Shown here piece after piece: positions 1-18,206 of a DNA stretch of 64,000 nucleotides. The notes below the pieces were generated by a model. It saw nothing but the letters and a program-made list of their open reading frames with translations. It did not search any database and had not been told where the DNA came from. The translations under genes and the position numbers were made by a program. The stretch is from the human T2T-CHM13v2.0 reference genome, Homo sapiens, in the NCBI RefSeq assembly GCF_009914755.1, contig NC_060935.1; one strand, 5' to 3'. The stretch's first letter is position 1, and the number at the start of each line of letters is the position of its first letter.

Positions 1-473
1 TAGCAGAATATAGTAAAGACGGTGAATTGTATGTGATTATTGATTATGCTGCGTATGATATGAATATTAGTGCTGTCTTACTGAACTGCTCTCTTGGCTT
101 GGAGGAAGCAGATGGCTATGTTGGGAGCCCCATGTGCCAAAGAACTGTGGGCAGCCTCTAAGAGTTGAGGGTGGCCACTGGTTGACAGCCACCATGAGAC
201 TGAATCCCTGAGTCTTATTAATGCAACCACAGGAAACAGAATTCTGCCAAATGAATTCTGAGTGTGTTTGGAGCAGATCTTTCCCTAGACCAGCCTCAGA
301 TGAGATCACAGCCTTGGCTGACACCTTGATTACAACCTTGTAAGACCCTAAGCAGAAAATCCAGCTAAGTCAAACCTGTACTCCTGAACCACAGAAACTG
401 AGATAATAAACTTGCGCTCTTTTAAGCAGTTAAGCTTGTGGTAATATGGCTAAGCAGCAATAGTTAATTAATA
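1..473 (+). mobile_element. MaLR MLT1-family LTR (MLT1E/F/G-like), 5' part outside window
   Basis: MLT1 motifs ctgacaccttgatt, cacagaaactgagataataaa and 3' end gcagcaatagttaattaata. Confidence 0.8.
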
Positions 474-625
474 TCCTAACAGTTAATCTCTTTTGCCTTC
501 CATAAGAACTGCAGGAGAAAAAAATGACGTAGGGAAGGGAGATTGGAAGGGAATTCCAGCAACCTCTATGAAGAGAAGAAATTGACTAGGGAAAGGACTT
601 TTGCTGTGAAGCTCTACCACATTTG

Positions 626-660
626 TTCATTCATTCATTCATTCATTCATTCATTCATTC
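626..660. repeat. (TTCA)n microsatellite, about 9 units, probably L2-tail derived
   Basis: Seen directly. Confidence 0.9.
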
Positions 661-740
661 GTTTGTTAAAGATGTTGAAGTAGAGATATGTGTATCAGCC
701 TTCAAGAAAGGCTATTGGCATGGACTGAATTGTGTCTCCC

Positions 741-1093
741 TGTATTAGTCCGTTTTCACGCTGCTTTAAAGAACTACCTGAGACTAGGTGATTTATAGAG
801 AAAAGAAGGTTTAATTGACTCACAGTTCTGCATGGCTGGGGAGGCCTCAGGAAACTTACAGTCATGGTGGAAAGGGAAGCAGTCACATCTGACATGGTGG
901 CAGGAGATGGAGGGTGGGGGAAATTGCCAAACACTTTCAAACCACCAGATCTTATGAGAATTCACTATCATAAGAACAGCATGGGTGAAACTGCCCCCAT
1001 GATCCATTCACTCCTACGAGGTCCCTCCCGCAACATGTAGGGGTTACAATTCGAGATGAGATTTGGGTAGGGATACAGAGCCAAACCATATCA
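741..1093 (-). mobile_element. THE1/MST-type MaLR solo LTR
   Basis: tgtattagtcc...ccaaaccatatca termini; 5-bp TSD ctccc/gtccc. Confidence 0.9.
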
Positions 1094-1200
1094 GTCCCCA
1101 AATTCATACGTTGAAACCTTAACTCCTAACACCTCAGAATGTGATAGGGCCCTTAGTGGTTGTGGTGGCATATGCCTAAAACCCCAGCTACTTGGGAGGC

Positions 1201-2026
<826 letters not shown>

Positions 2027-2329
2027 TTAGTTAAAATGAGGTCATTAGGATAGGCCCTAATCCAATCTGACTAGGGTCCTTATAAGAAGAGGAGATTAGG
2101 ACATACAGAAAGATAACAAGAATGCACCCACACAGGGAAAGGCCATATGAGGACGGCACAAAGGCAACCATCTGCAAGCCAAGGAGAGAGGTCTCAGGAG
2201 AACCAAATCTGCTGACACCTTATTCTTGGACTTCTGGCCTCCAGAACTGTGACAAAATAAATTTCTGGTGTTTTAGCCACCCAGTCTGTGGAATTTTGTT
2301 ATGGCATCTCTAGCAAACTAACACAAGTA

Positions 2330-2790
2330 TAAAAACTACTGTAGATATTTTAAGCAGAGAAAGATTGAATATAGAAAGTTAGGTGCTTTCAAAATCATTG
2401 GAAGAGCTGGAGTAGCTGGAGTTGGGGCTGCCACTAGAACTAATGTATTTAAGAATGCACTGCCTGTGGTCTGGGGACTGTGAAGCTGATGCCTCTTCTG
2501 TTGGCTCTGCCATGGCCATCATAGCTGCCTCGTCACAATTGAGTCAGCGAAAAGCTGAGGTCAACTGCCCACCTCAGGTGCCCATGATCTCAACCGCCAG
2601 GAGGAAATGGTAGCAGGGCGATGGCCTCCATCCCAGTTATACCTTCCAAATCTCATGTGAGGGCACTTAACTGAATCTAGTATCCTAGCTGCAAAGGATC
2701 TGAAGTTTTTAACCTTCCAGCCTCTGTAGCACAGGAAGGTACAAAGAAAGGAGCGGGAAAGGACACTGAAGCACGCAGACATATCCAGCA
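2330..2790. mobile_element. Probable ancient ERVL-class LTR remnant
   Basis: aaactactgtagatattttaagcagagaaagattgaatatag resembles old ERVL-type LTR ends; family not assignable by eye. Confidence 0.4.
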
Positions 2791-3289
2791 CAGTATGCTA
2801 GATATCAGATGAAAGCAAGTGCCCAATCTGTAGGTATTCAGAGTAGACACCTGAAACTGACATGATTCATTAAACTTCTCTCCTATAGCAAAGGTATCAG
2901 ATGCATTAAAAAGGAGAGGATTTGTAAAGAGGATTTATTTGGAAAAGTTGTGCAGTGAGTTGTATTTGCATCAACCCTGAGGAATAAGGCTGAGTGCTTT
3001 TCCTAGCATCTCAGGTCAAGAGAGAAGGGATTAAACAGGACCACCCTGAGAACTTGTTATGTATCTCCTGCCATCGTGTGGTGGGAGGGTCCATATTGGA
3101 CTTTCGTCTGGCTTCTGCCTGGAAAATTTAAAAGATGGAGATGGTTTGACTAGATGCTTGAACCTTGGGAATAAAGGGAAGATGGTTGACCTGGGCAGCT
3201 TGCTCTTCTAGAGTTTGTTGTGAGCAGAGAGTGTGTGAATGTTTAAGAGCTGTAGGATGACACAGGAGAAGTCAACTGGGAGAGGTGGG

Positions 3290-3545
3290 GAAGCACTGAG
3301 TTGAATAATTGAAATGTTAGCTAAGGTGAGAAGGGCAGAGTATGGCATTCTAGGTAGAGGGACCAGCATATGAAAAGGCTCAGAGGCATAAAAGGGTCTA
3401 GAATGTCCAAGGAAAAGTAAAATGTTCAGTGTGACTAGGGTGTAATTTGGAGGCATGAGAAGAATAAGAAATTCACTTGGGAAAATGTCCTAAGCAAATG
3501 CTGTTTGTCCTTTGTCCTTTGGGAACTAGGGAATTACTGTAGAGT
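3290..3545 (-). mobile_element. L2 fragment
   Basis: gcattctaggtagagggaccagcatatgaaaaggctcagagg L2 signature. Confidence 0.7.
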
Positions 3546-4300
<755 letters not shown>

Positions 4301-4838
4301 GACCATTTGATCTGTGTTTTACAAAAGCGATATGGGGCCAATGTGGAAGGTGAACTAGTTCAAATTTATTAAGTCAGTACCCTTTCATTTTGAAGCCCTG
4401 CAATGTCTTACCTTCACCATTATTAAAGAAACAAAACAAAATAACTCACTCCTTAATGTGGCTCACACAGCTTTCCAGGATCTGGACCCAGTCTGCCTCT
4501 CTGACTTCATCCGCTGACACTCTTTTCCCTGCTCTTTACGCCAAACTTATGAGCTTCTGTTTCTTTCTCTTCTTTTTTTTTGGTTAAGAGATGGAGTCTC
4601 ATCCCTGTTGTTCAGGCTGGAGTGCAGTGGCATGATTGTAGCTCACAGCAACCTCTAACTCCTGGGTTCAAGCAATCCTCCTGCCCCAGCTTCCTGAGTA
4701 GCTGGGTAGCTGGGACCACAGATGCATGCCACCATGCCCAGCTAATTAAAAAAAAAAATTCTTTTTTTTTTTTGAGACAGGGAATCTTGCTATGTTGCCC
4801 AGGCTTGTCTTCAACTTCTGGCCTCAAGTAATTCTCCT

Positions 4839-6551
4839 GGCCAGGTGTGGTGCCTCATGCCTGTAATCTCAGCACTTTGGGAGACTGAGGCAGGTGGATC
4901 ACTTGAGCTCAGGATTCGAGACCAGCCTGAGCAACATGGTGAAACCTTGCCTATAAAAAAAGTTTTTGGCTTGGTTCTAAGTCTTTGCTATTGTGAATAG
5001 TGCCGCAATAAACATACGTGTGCATGTGTCTTTATAGGAACATGATTTATAATCCTTTGGGTATATACCCAGTAATGGGATTGCTGGGTCAAATGGTAAT
5101 TCTAATTCTAGATCCCTGAGGAATCGCCACACTGACTTCCACAATGCTTGAACTAGTTTATAGTCCCACCAACAGTGTAAAAGTGTTCCTATTTCTCCAC
5201 ATCCTCTCCAGCACCTGTTGTTTCCTGACTTTTTAATGATCACCATTCTAACTGGTGTGAGATGGTATCTCATTGTGGTTTTGATTTGCATTTCTCTGAT
5301 GGCCAGTGATGATGAGCATTTTTTCATATGTCTTTTGGCTGCATAAATGTCTTCTTTTGAGACGTGCCTGTTCATATCCTGTGCCCACTTTTTGATGGGG
5401 CTGTTTGTTTTTTTCTTGCAAATTTGTCTGAGTTTATTGCAGATTCTGGATATTAGCCCTTTGTCAGATGAGTAGATTGCAAAAATTTTCTCCCATTCTG
5501 TAGGTTGCCTGTTCACTCTGATGGTAGTTTCTTTTGCTGTGCAGAAGCTCTTTAGTTTAGTTAGATCCCATTTGTCAATTTTGGCTTTTGTTGCCATTGC
5601 TTTTGGTGTTTTAGTCATGAAGTCATTGCCCATGCCTATGTCCTGAATGGTATTGCCCAGGTTTTCTTCTAGGGTTTTTATGGTTTTAGGTCTAACATTT
5701 AAGTCTTTAATCCATCTTGAATTAATTTTTGTATAAGGTGTAAGGAAGGGATCCAGTTTCAGCTTTCTACATACGACTAGCCAGTTTTCCCAGCACCATT
5801 TATTAAATAGGGAATCATTTCCCCATTTCTTGTTTTTGTCAGGTTTGTCAAAGATCAGGTAGTTGTAGATATGCGGCATTATTTCTGAGGGCTCTGTTCT
5901 GTTCCATTGGTCTATATCTCTGTTTTGGTACCAGTACCATGCTGTTTTGGTTACTGTAGCCTTGTAGTATAGTTTGATAGACTGGATTAAGAAAATGTGG
6001 CACATATACACCATGGAATGCTATGCAGCCATAAAAAATGATGAGTTCGTGTCCTTTGTAGGGACATGGATGAAGCTGGAAACCATCATTCTCAGCAAAC
6101 TATCACAAGGACAAAAAGCCAAACACCGCATATTCTCACTTATAGGTGGGAATTGAACAATGAGAACACATGGACACAGGAAGGGGAACATCACACACCG
6201 GGGCCTGTTGTGGGGTGGGGAGAGGTGGGAGGGATAGCATTAGGAGATATACCTAATGTTAAATGATGAGTTAATGGGTGCAGCACACCAACATGGCACA
6301 TGTATACATGCGCAACTAACCTGCACGTTGTGCACATGTACCCTAAAACTTAAAGTATAATAAAAAAAATTTTTAAATTAGCCTGGTGTGGTGGCCTTTA
6401 TTTCCAGCTACTTGAGGGGCTGAGATGGAAGAATCACCTGAGCCCAGGAGGCTGAGGCTGCAGTGAGCTGTGATCTGGTCACTGCACTCCAGCCTGAATG
6501 ATGGTGTGAGACCCTGTCACAAAAACAAAAATGAAACAAAACAAAACAAAA
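4839..6551 (+). mobile_element. Inner AluJ, split at its A-rich linker by an L1
   Basis: Left arm 4839-4960, right arm 6375-6551; TSD attctcct on both sides. Confidence 0.85.
4968..6368 (+). mobile_element. 5'-truncated, 5'-inverted L1 (L1PA3/PA4-like; twin priming)
   Basis: 4968-5977 is antisense ORF2 and 5975-6368 is the sense 3' end plus short polyA; TSD aaaaaaa(g/a)ttttt. Confidence 0.95.
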
Positions 6552-6629
6552 GATTCTCCTGCCTTGGCCTCCCAAAGTGCTGGGATTACAGTGAGCCATG
6601 GCATCCAGCCCTCTGTTTCTATTTCTTGA

Positions 6630-6990
6630 AGATGCTAATAGTCCAGGTAGAAGATGATTAGGTTAGAGGAGGAGGAACAGATTAGAAAATATATATGTGG
6701 TAGAATTGACAGGATTTTGCTGATTGGATCTATGATATTAAAAAGAGAGAGAATTTGAGCACAGTTCTGAGATTTGTAGTTCAAATGACTTGATCAACAG
6801 TTGTGCCATTTACTGAGATGGGGAATACAGGAGTTTGGAGGGGGAACATAATGAGATCACCATGACATACTGAGTTTGATTTGTCTATGGGGTATTGAGG
6901 TGTTCTTGTCCAGCAGGAAGTTGGAAATCATGAGTCTTAAGTTCAGGAGGGATGTTGGAATAAGTGTAATTGGCAAACAAGAGATTGTGG
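6630..6990 (-). mobile_element. L2 fragment
   Basis: gtagaattgacaggattttgctgattggat, gtgccatttactgagatggggaa L2 motifs. Confidence 0.7.
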
Positions 6991-7381
6991 CAGGGGCTGT
7001 GATTATTAATTCAACTGGGATAAACCCAAGGGCCATATTTGCAGTAATTCAAACCCTTGGCAGTAAACAGTTGAATGTGAACTTCAGGTCAGCAGAGAAA
7101 TTAAATTTATTTTGGAGACTATCAGGCAAGAGGAGGCCAGGACTTTGGGGAGGATTTTGTGGTCTTTCTACTCTCCAGGCTTAAAACTAAATGCTGCTTC
7201 TTTTCTACCAGAATGAAACTCTGAGACTTAAAAAGGCTGCTATATTAAACAATTAACATAGCCTCAGAAAAAGTAACAGAGAGATTTGGGGCTTGGGCAG
7301 AATGACATAAACAGAAAATAGAGTATTAGATAGGCCAGGTTATGATGAAATTATTCCCAGGTATGTTGTTTCTGTAAGGCC

Positions 7382-7542
7382 TTTTCTTTTCTTTTTTAAA
7401 GACAGGGTCTTACTCTGTTGCCCAGGCTTCAATGCAGTTGTACAATCATAGCTCACTGCAGCTTCAAACTCCTGGGCTCAAGCAATCCTGCCCCACCTTC
7501 CCAAAGTGATGGGATTACAGACATGAGCCACCATGCTTAGGC
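7382..7542 (-). mobile_element. Alu monomer (FLAM/FRAM-like)
   Basis: Single Alu arm with T-rich tail. Confidence 0.8.
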
Positions 7543-7582
7543 AGTTTCCTTATGCTGTAGTCCTTATGCCACTATATTTACA

Positions 7583-7881
7583 TTTTTTGGTTTTTTTTGA
7601 GACAAGGTCTGTCACCCAGGCTGGAGTGCAGTGGTTCTGGTGCTATCTCAGCTCACCACAACCTCCGCCTCCCAGGCTTAAGTGATCCTCCCACCTCAGC
7701 CTCCTGTGTAGCTAGAACTACAGGTGTGCACCACTGCACCCAGCTAGTTCTTTTATTTTTTTGTGGAAATGGGGTGTTACTATGTTGCCCAGGCTGGTTT
7801 CAAACTCCTGGGCTCAACCAATCCACCTGCCTTGTCCTCCAAAAGTGCTGGGATTATAGGTGTGAGCCACTGCGTCCAGCC
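7583..7881 (-). mobile_element. AluJ
   Basis: Full dimer. Confidence 0.88.
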
Positions 7882-8136
7882 TATATTTACATTAAAAAAA
7901 ATTACAAAAGTAGTACATTCATGGATGGCAGATGCTGTGGACTGGCTCACTCAATAACCGTCCCAACTGCCTTCTCTGTTGACTTTTTCTATTATAGAGG
8001 CTGTAAACAACACACACAAATTCCCAGACTTCATCACAATCTAAGACAGCTGTGTAATATAGTGTGGTAAGTAAGCAGATGTCCCTGAGGTGGGCTTCCA
8101 TTTCTGAATAAAAAGGCAAAGACTTGGGGTTTCTTC

Positions 8137-8146
8137 CAAGATGGCT
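8137..8146 (+). promoter_or_regulatory. L1 5'UTR YY1 site
   Basis: caagatggc at the canonical position near the L1 5' end. Confidence 0.7.
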
Positions 8147-9153
8147 GAATAGGAACAGCTCCAGTGTGCAGCTCCCAGCAAGATCGATGCAGAAGACGGG
8201 TGATTTCTGCATTTCCAACTGAGGTAGCTGGTTAATTTCATTGGGACTGGTTAGACAGTGGGTGCAGCCTATGGAGGGAGAGCCAAACCAGGGTGGGACG
8301 TTGCCTCACCCAGGAAGCACAAGGGGTCGGGGGATTTCCTTTTCCTAGCCAAGGGAAGCCGTGACAGACTGTACCTGGAAAACTGGTACACTCTGCCCAA
8401 ATACTGCGCTTTTCCCACGGTCTTAGCAACTGACAGACCAGGAGATTCCCTCCTGTTCCTGGCTTGGCAGGTCCCATGCCCACAGAGCCTTGCTCACTGC
8501 TAGTGCAGCAGTCTGAGATCGACCTGCAAGGCTGAAGCCTGGTGGGGATAGGGGTGTCCACCATCGCTGAGGCTTGAGTAGGTAAACAAAGTGGCTGGGA
8601 AGCTTGAACTGGGTGGAGCCCACTGCAGCTCAGCAAGGCCTACTGCCTCTATAAACTCCACCTCTGTGGGCAGGGCATAGCTGAACAAAACGCAGCAGAC
8701 AACTTCTGCAGACTTAAACATCCCTGTCTGACAGCTCTGAAGAGAGCAGTGGTTCTCCCAGCGTGGTGTTCGAGCTCTGAGAACAGACAGACTGCCTCCT
8801 CAAGTGGCTCCCTGACCCCATGTAGCCTGACCTCCCAGTAAGGGCTGACAGACACCTCATACAGGTGGGTGCCCTTCTGGGATGAAGCTTCCAGAGGAAG
8901 GATCAGGCAGCAATATTTGCTGTTCTGCAATATTTGCTGTTCTGTAGCCTCCACTGGTGATACTCAGGAAAACAGGGTCTGGAGTAGACCTCCAGCAAAC
9001 TCGAACATACCTGCAGCTGAGGGTCCTGACTGTTAGAAGAAAAACTAACAAACAGAAAGAAACAGCATCAACATCAACAAAAAGGACATCCACACCAAAA
9101 TCCCATCTGTAGGTCACCAACATCAAAGACCAAAGGTAGATAAAACCACAAAG

Positions 9154-10178
9154 ATGGGGAGAAACAGAGCAGAAAAGCTGAAAATTCCAAAAACCAGAAT
9201 GCCTCTACTCTTCCAAAGGATCACAGCTCCTCACCAACAACATAACAAAACTGGATGGAGAATGACCTTGATGAGGTGACAGAAGTAGGCTTCGGAAGGT
9301 CGGTAATAACAAACCTCTCCGAGCTAAAGAAGCTTGTTCTAACCCATTGCAAGGAATCTAAAAACCTTGAAGAAAGGTTAGATGAATGGCTAACTAGAAT
9401 AAACAGTGTAGAGAAGACCTTAAATGATCTGATGGAGCTGAAAACCACAGCATGAGAACTTCGTGATGCATGCACAAGCTTTAATAGCTGATTCAATCAA
9501 GTGGAAGAAAGGATATCAGTGATTGAAGATCAGATTAATGAAATAAAGCGAGAAGACAAGATTAGAGAAAAAAGAGTAAAAAGAAACGAACAAAGCCACC
9601 AAGAAATATGGGACTAGGTGAAAAGACCAAATCTATGTTTGACTGGTGTACCTGAAAGTGACGGGGAGAATGGAACCAAGTTAGAAAACACTCTTCAGGT
9701 TATTATCCAGGAGAACTTCCCCAACCTAGCAAGGCAGGCCATCATTCAAATTCAGGAAATACAGAGAACACCACAAACATACTCCATGAGAAGAGCAACC
9801 CCAAGACACATAATCATCAGATTCATCAAGATTGAAATGAAGGAAAAAATGTTAAGGGCAGCCAGAGAGAAAGGTCGGGTTACCCACAAAACGAAGCCCA
9901 TCAGACTAACAGCAGATCTCTCAGCAGAAACACTACAAGCCAGAAGAGAGAGGGGGCCAATATTCAACCTTCTTAAGAAAGGAATTTTCAACCCAGAATT
10001 TCATATCCAGCCAAACTAAGCTTCGTTAAGTGAAGGAGAAATAAAATCCTTTACAGACAAGCAAATGCTGAGAGATTTTGTCACCACCAGGCCTGCCTTA
10101 CAAGAGGTCCTGAAAGAAGCACTAAACATGGAAAGGAACAACCGGTACCAGCCACTGCAAAAACATGCCAAATTGTAA
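9154..10178 (+). pseudogene. L1 ORF1p, disrupted
   Basis: ATG at 9154, stop at 10176-10178; fragments KRPNL...ENFPNLARQ...KEKMLRAAREKG; internal stops and frameshifts. Confidence 0.93.
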
Positions 10179-10241
10179 AGACCATCGATGCTATGAAGAA
10201 ACTGCATCAATTAATGCGCAAAATAACCAGGTAGCATCATA

Positions 10242-14485
<4,244 letters not shown>

Positions 14486-15044
14486 ACAATGAGAACACAT
14501 GAACACAGGGTGGGGAGCATCACACACCCGGGCCTGTCAGGGGTCGGGGGCTAGAGGAGGGATAGCATTAGGAGAAATACGTAATGTAGATGATGGGTTG
14601 ATGGGTGCAGCAAACCAACATAGCACATGTATACCTATGTAACAAACCTGTGTGTTGTGCACATGTACCCTAGAACTTAAAGTATAATAAAAAATAAAAT
14701 AAAAAAATAAAATCAGGAACATAGTATCAACCAAAAAGAATTAGTTACTTCAGAGGATTGAAATTAAAAGAAAATTATGAAAATGTTAAAAAAAAAAAAA
14801 AAAAGGCAAAGACTTGTGAGGAGGAGTGTTTTTGCCCTTCTCCCTCTCCCTGTCTGGAGCTTTGATCCAATGCGGTAGCAGCAGCCATTTATTTACCAAG
14901 ACAATGAAAGCTGAGAGCTAAGTATGGTGGAGCAGAAAGATGGAAAGATCCTGATTCCTTGATGACAACCTTTAGCAACTATGCTGGTTTTGGTCCACCC
15001 ACTTCTGGATTTTGTGTTATGTTTAAAAAAAGCCTTTACTTTTT

Positions 15045-15203
15045 GTTTTGTTTTTTGATTCAGGGTCTTGCTCTGTCACCCAGGTGGGAGTGCAGTAGTG
15101 CAATCACCGCTCATTGCAGCCTCAACTTCCTGGGCTCAAGTGATCCTCCCACCTCAGCCTCCTGAGTAGCTGGGGCTACAGGTGCATGTCACCACACCTG
15201 GCT
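15045..15203 (-). mobile_element. Alu right-arm monomer (FRAM/AluJ-like)
   Basis: TSD aagcctttacttttt on both sides. Confidence 0.85.
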
Positions 15204-15231
15204 AAGCCTTTACTTTTTTGAACTAGTTAGT

Positions 15232-15576
15232 AAAGTGGCCCTCAAACTTAGCTACCCATTAAAATCACCTGTGGAGTCTTAAAGTTCCCAGTTTTAAGAT
15301 CTCCCTATACACCCCCAAATGAATAGGAATTTTTGGTGGTAGGATCTAAGCCTCAATAATTGGAAGCAGGATTTCATTCTGTCTCCCAGGCCAGAGGGCA
15401 GTGGCACAACCATAGCCCATTACAGCCTTGAACTCCTGGTCTCAAACGATTCTGCTGCCTTAGCCTCCCAAAGTGCTGGGATTACAGGTGTGAACCACTG
15501 CACCCAGCCCTAGCTTCAATAATTTAAAAAACTCTCCAGCAGATTCCAATGTGTAGCCCAGATTAAGAACCAGTGG
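15232..15576. mobile_element. MER5-type hAT-Charlie MITE split by an Alu monomer (about 15362-15510, minus)
   Basis: agtggccctcaaactt...gattccaatgtgtagcccagattaagaaccagtg; Alu TSD agc(c/t)tcaataatt. Confidence 0.7.
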
Positions 15577-16499
15577 TTTAAACCACCTGTTTTGGTTTTT
15601 AATATTTTTTGTTATTCCCAGCTGGATACATTTGTAATTAATACATGTTTTGAAGCTATATTCAAAAAATTGAAGCACGTAAGTTCTCCCATTTCCAACC
15701 AGCTTCATCTCTACTCCCATCCCTAGCAGAATCATAATCCTCAGATTGCTGTACCTCTTTCTTCAAAATTTCTTCTCTGCATCTACAAATGCATATTAGT
15801 TTTCTATTACAAAAATCCTTCCAGGGGCTATTCAAGTGAGGCCAGAGAGGTGACATTGCCATATAAGTTAGAAAAACCAGGACAGTGCTGACTTCAAGTT
15901 TTCTATCTCCATAAGCCACCAGAACACCTGGAAAATATCAATGTTTTAGCATCCAAACTATAACTTCCAGCCTGCCTTTTGTAGTCTGAAATATCAGGAA
16001 AATAATATTTCATTGATACAGTTTAATTTTCCACTTCAGGTGTTTTAAACCGTGTATACAACTTTTTGTCTATGATTATTTAACTGTGAGAGACAGAGGA
16101 TGTTGAAAATGATGTTTCTGGGCTTCAACATGTGGAAACTCTCAATTTTTTTGTAGTGAAGTTCTCTTCTTTGAGTTCTTCCTTAAGTTTCAGTTGTTTG
16201 AAGGTAGTTTCTGTTGAAGAGACATTATCTTTGAATAACAAGCATCATATTTTTTGTCCTGTGTTGTTTCATTTTAAGTTGAAAATCACATTGAGATCTA
16301 AGAGCCGTTGAAATTGGCACATCATAACATTTCCAGCAGCCCTATTGCACCTGTTATCATATCTAAAAATGTGTATTAAAATAACCCTCTGTTGAAAAGA
16401 CACAGCTCCAGGGTTAGGATTCCTATGGCAATCAAAGTATTAATTTTGGGAGTTTACAGTGTAACTTGCAAAAACATATGCAAATTTGTTTTATCATGG

Positions 16500-16732
16500 G
16501 AGGCAGAATTGCATGACAGGTTTTAGAATGAGAAGGTATGGGTTCTAATCCCAACTCTGCCACCTAATGACTATGTGATTTGGAGCAGGTTACTAAATCT
16601 CTGTGCCTCACTTTGTCATCTATAAAATGGGAATGTTATTGTGAGAATTAAGGAGATAATACATGTAAAGCATCTAGAACTGTGTCTGGTACACATTACA
16701 TATTAAGTAAATGTTATCTATTATTATTATCT
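16500..16732 (+). mobile_element. MIR
   Basis: gggttctaatcccaactctgccac...tgtgcctca...tataaaatggg MIR core. Confidence 0.85.
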
Positions 16733-16774
16733 GTATCAATTTGAAATCTATGTTAATTAATTTCTCTTCCCTCT

Positions 16775-18140
16775 CAACCTGCATCTGTGTCTTTTTGGGT
16801 AGTTCCCTGTAACAAGTTGGTTGAAGAGGAAAAATTCCAGGCCTTGTTTAAAGATGGTTCTGTCCAATATGCTGGCACTACCCAAAAGTAGGTGGTTGTA
16901 CCGTTGCAGTTCCACCACAGCATGGCCTTGAAAGACAGGGTGAAGGAAAATCTTCCCAGTGGACAGTATGAATCTATATTGACTTAGGGTAGCGGCTAAT
17001 GGTTTGGCTGGATGGTCAAACCTTAAAAGGATCATGATTAAAAACCTGGTGGCAGGGAGAGCTGAGAAAGAGGTTTGTAGGTAGAATGTTACGAATTTGC
17101 ACGGAATGGGAAGATAGTATATCCCATGTGAATGCTCACCAAACAGCAATCTTATCAGAAGAAGATCTTAATAAGTAGGTGGATGAGATTGCTGGTTTTG
17201 TGAACATTTGTTACCCTCTTTCCCCAGGTTCCCCTTTTTTGTTCTATGGAAGCCACATAAAATGGTCCATAGGGCTATCTGGGGGCTCAGCAACATGGAC
17301 TTTGAATCACCGCTGCTGAGTGTCCAACCTGCCAACAGCAGACATCAACACAGCATTTATTTGGCACCATTCCCTGGGAGTACCAGTTTAGCCACCTGGT
17401 GAAAAGTTGATTATAAAGGATCACTTTCATCATGGAAGGGACAGAACTTTGTTCTCACTGGAATGAATAGACACTTACTCTGGATAAAGATTTGTTTTTC
17501 CTGCTCACAATGCTTCTTCCAAAACCACCATCCAGGGATTTACAGAATGTGTTATTCACATGGTGTTTCACAGAGCATTGCTTTTGACCAGGGAACTCAC
17601 AGCAAATGAAGTGTGGTAATGGGCTCACGCTCATGGAATTCACTAGTCTTGCAAAATACCCCATTACCTCGAAGCAGCTGTCCTGATAAAGTGGTAGAAT
17701 GACCTTTTGAAGGCATAGTTACAGGGCCAGCTGGGTGGAAACACCTTGTAGAGCTGGGGCAGTGTCCCCTAGTATGTAGCGTATGTCCTAAATTAGTGAC
17801 CAACATATGTTGCTGTTTCTCCTATAGCCAATTTTTCTGGGTTCAGGAATGAAGGAGTGGAAATGAGAGAGTTTCTTCTTATTATTAAATTTAGTCATCC
17901 ACTATGAAATTTTATCTTCCTATCTCTAGAACTTTAGGCTCTGCTGGTTTAGAAGTCTTGGTTTTCAGAGGAATAATATTTCCTCCAGGGAGCACAGCAA
18001 CTGTATCATTAACCTGGAAGTGAAGATGACCACCTGGCCACATGGGCTCATCATGCCAGTGAATCAACAGGAAAAAGAGAGGGCTACTAAACTGGCTTGG
18101 GATAACTGATCCTGACTATTAAGGAGAAATTGAATTTCTC
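16775..18140 (+). pseudogene. ERVL internal fragment: decayed RNase H, integrase and dUTPase
   Basis: Frame-broken matches to ERVL pol (EEEK..A.F.DGS..YAGTT; HVNAHQ; DQGTH; AHAHGIH; PEAA) and dUTPase (PPGH.GL; DPDY). Confidence 0.85.
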
Positions 18141-18206
18141 TTCAGAGAAGTTCTCTTAGAGGCTGGTATGACCCATATATCAAGGCCAAGTCTGCTGGAT
18201 TAGACC

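Larger units (their letters stand above)
4572..6610 (-). mobile_element. Outer AluJ, split by a nested Alu and L1
   Basis: Pieces 4572-4838 and 6552-6610 are contiguous in the Alu consensus. Confidence 0.85.

Noticed and set aside
4977-6014. 345-aa ORF, the longest in the window
   Set aside because: Chimera across the L1 inversion junction: a few antisense codons fused to the ORF2 C-terminal region; not a gene
8912-8945. 17-bp tandem duplication in the L1 5'UTR as a locus-specific event
   Set aside because: I recall it as common in L1PA6-age copies, so probably inherited from the source lineage; not verified
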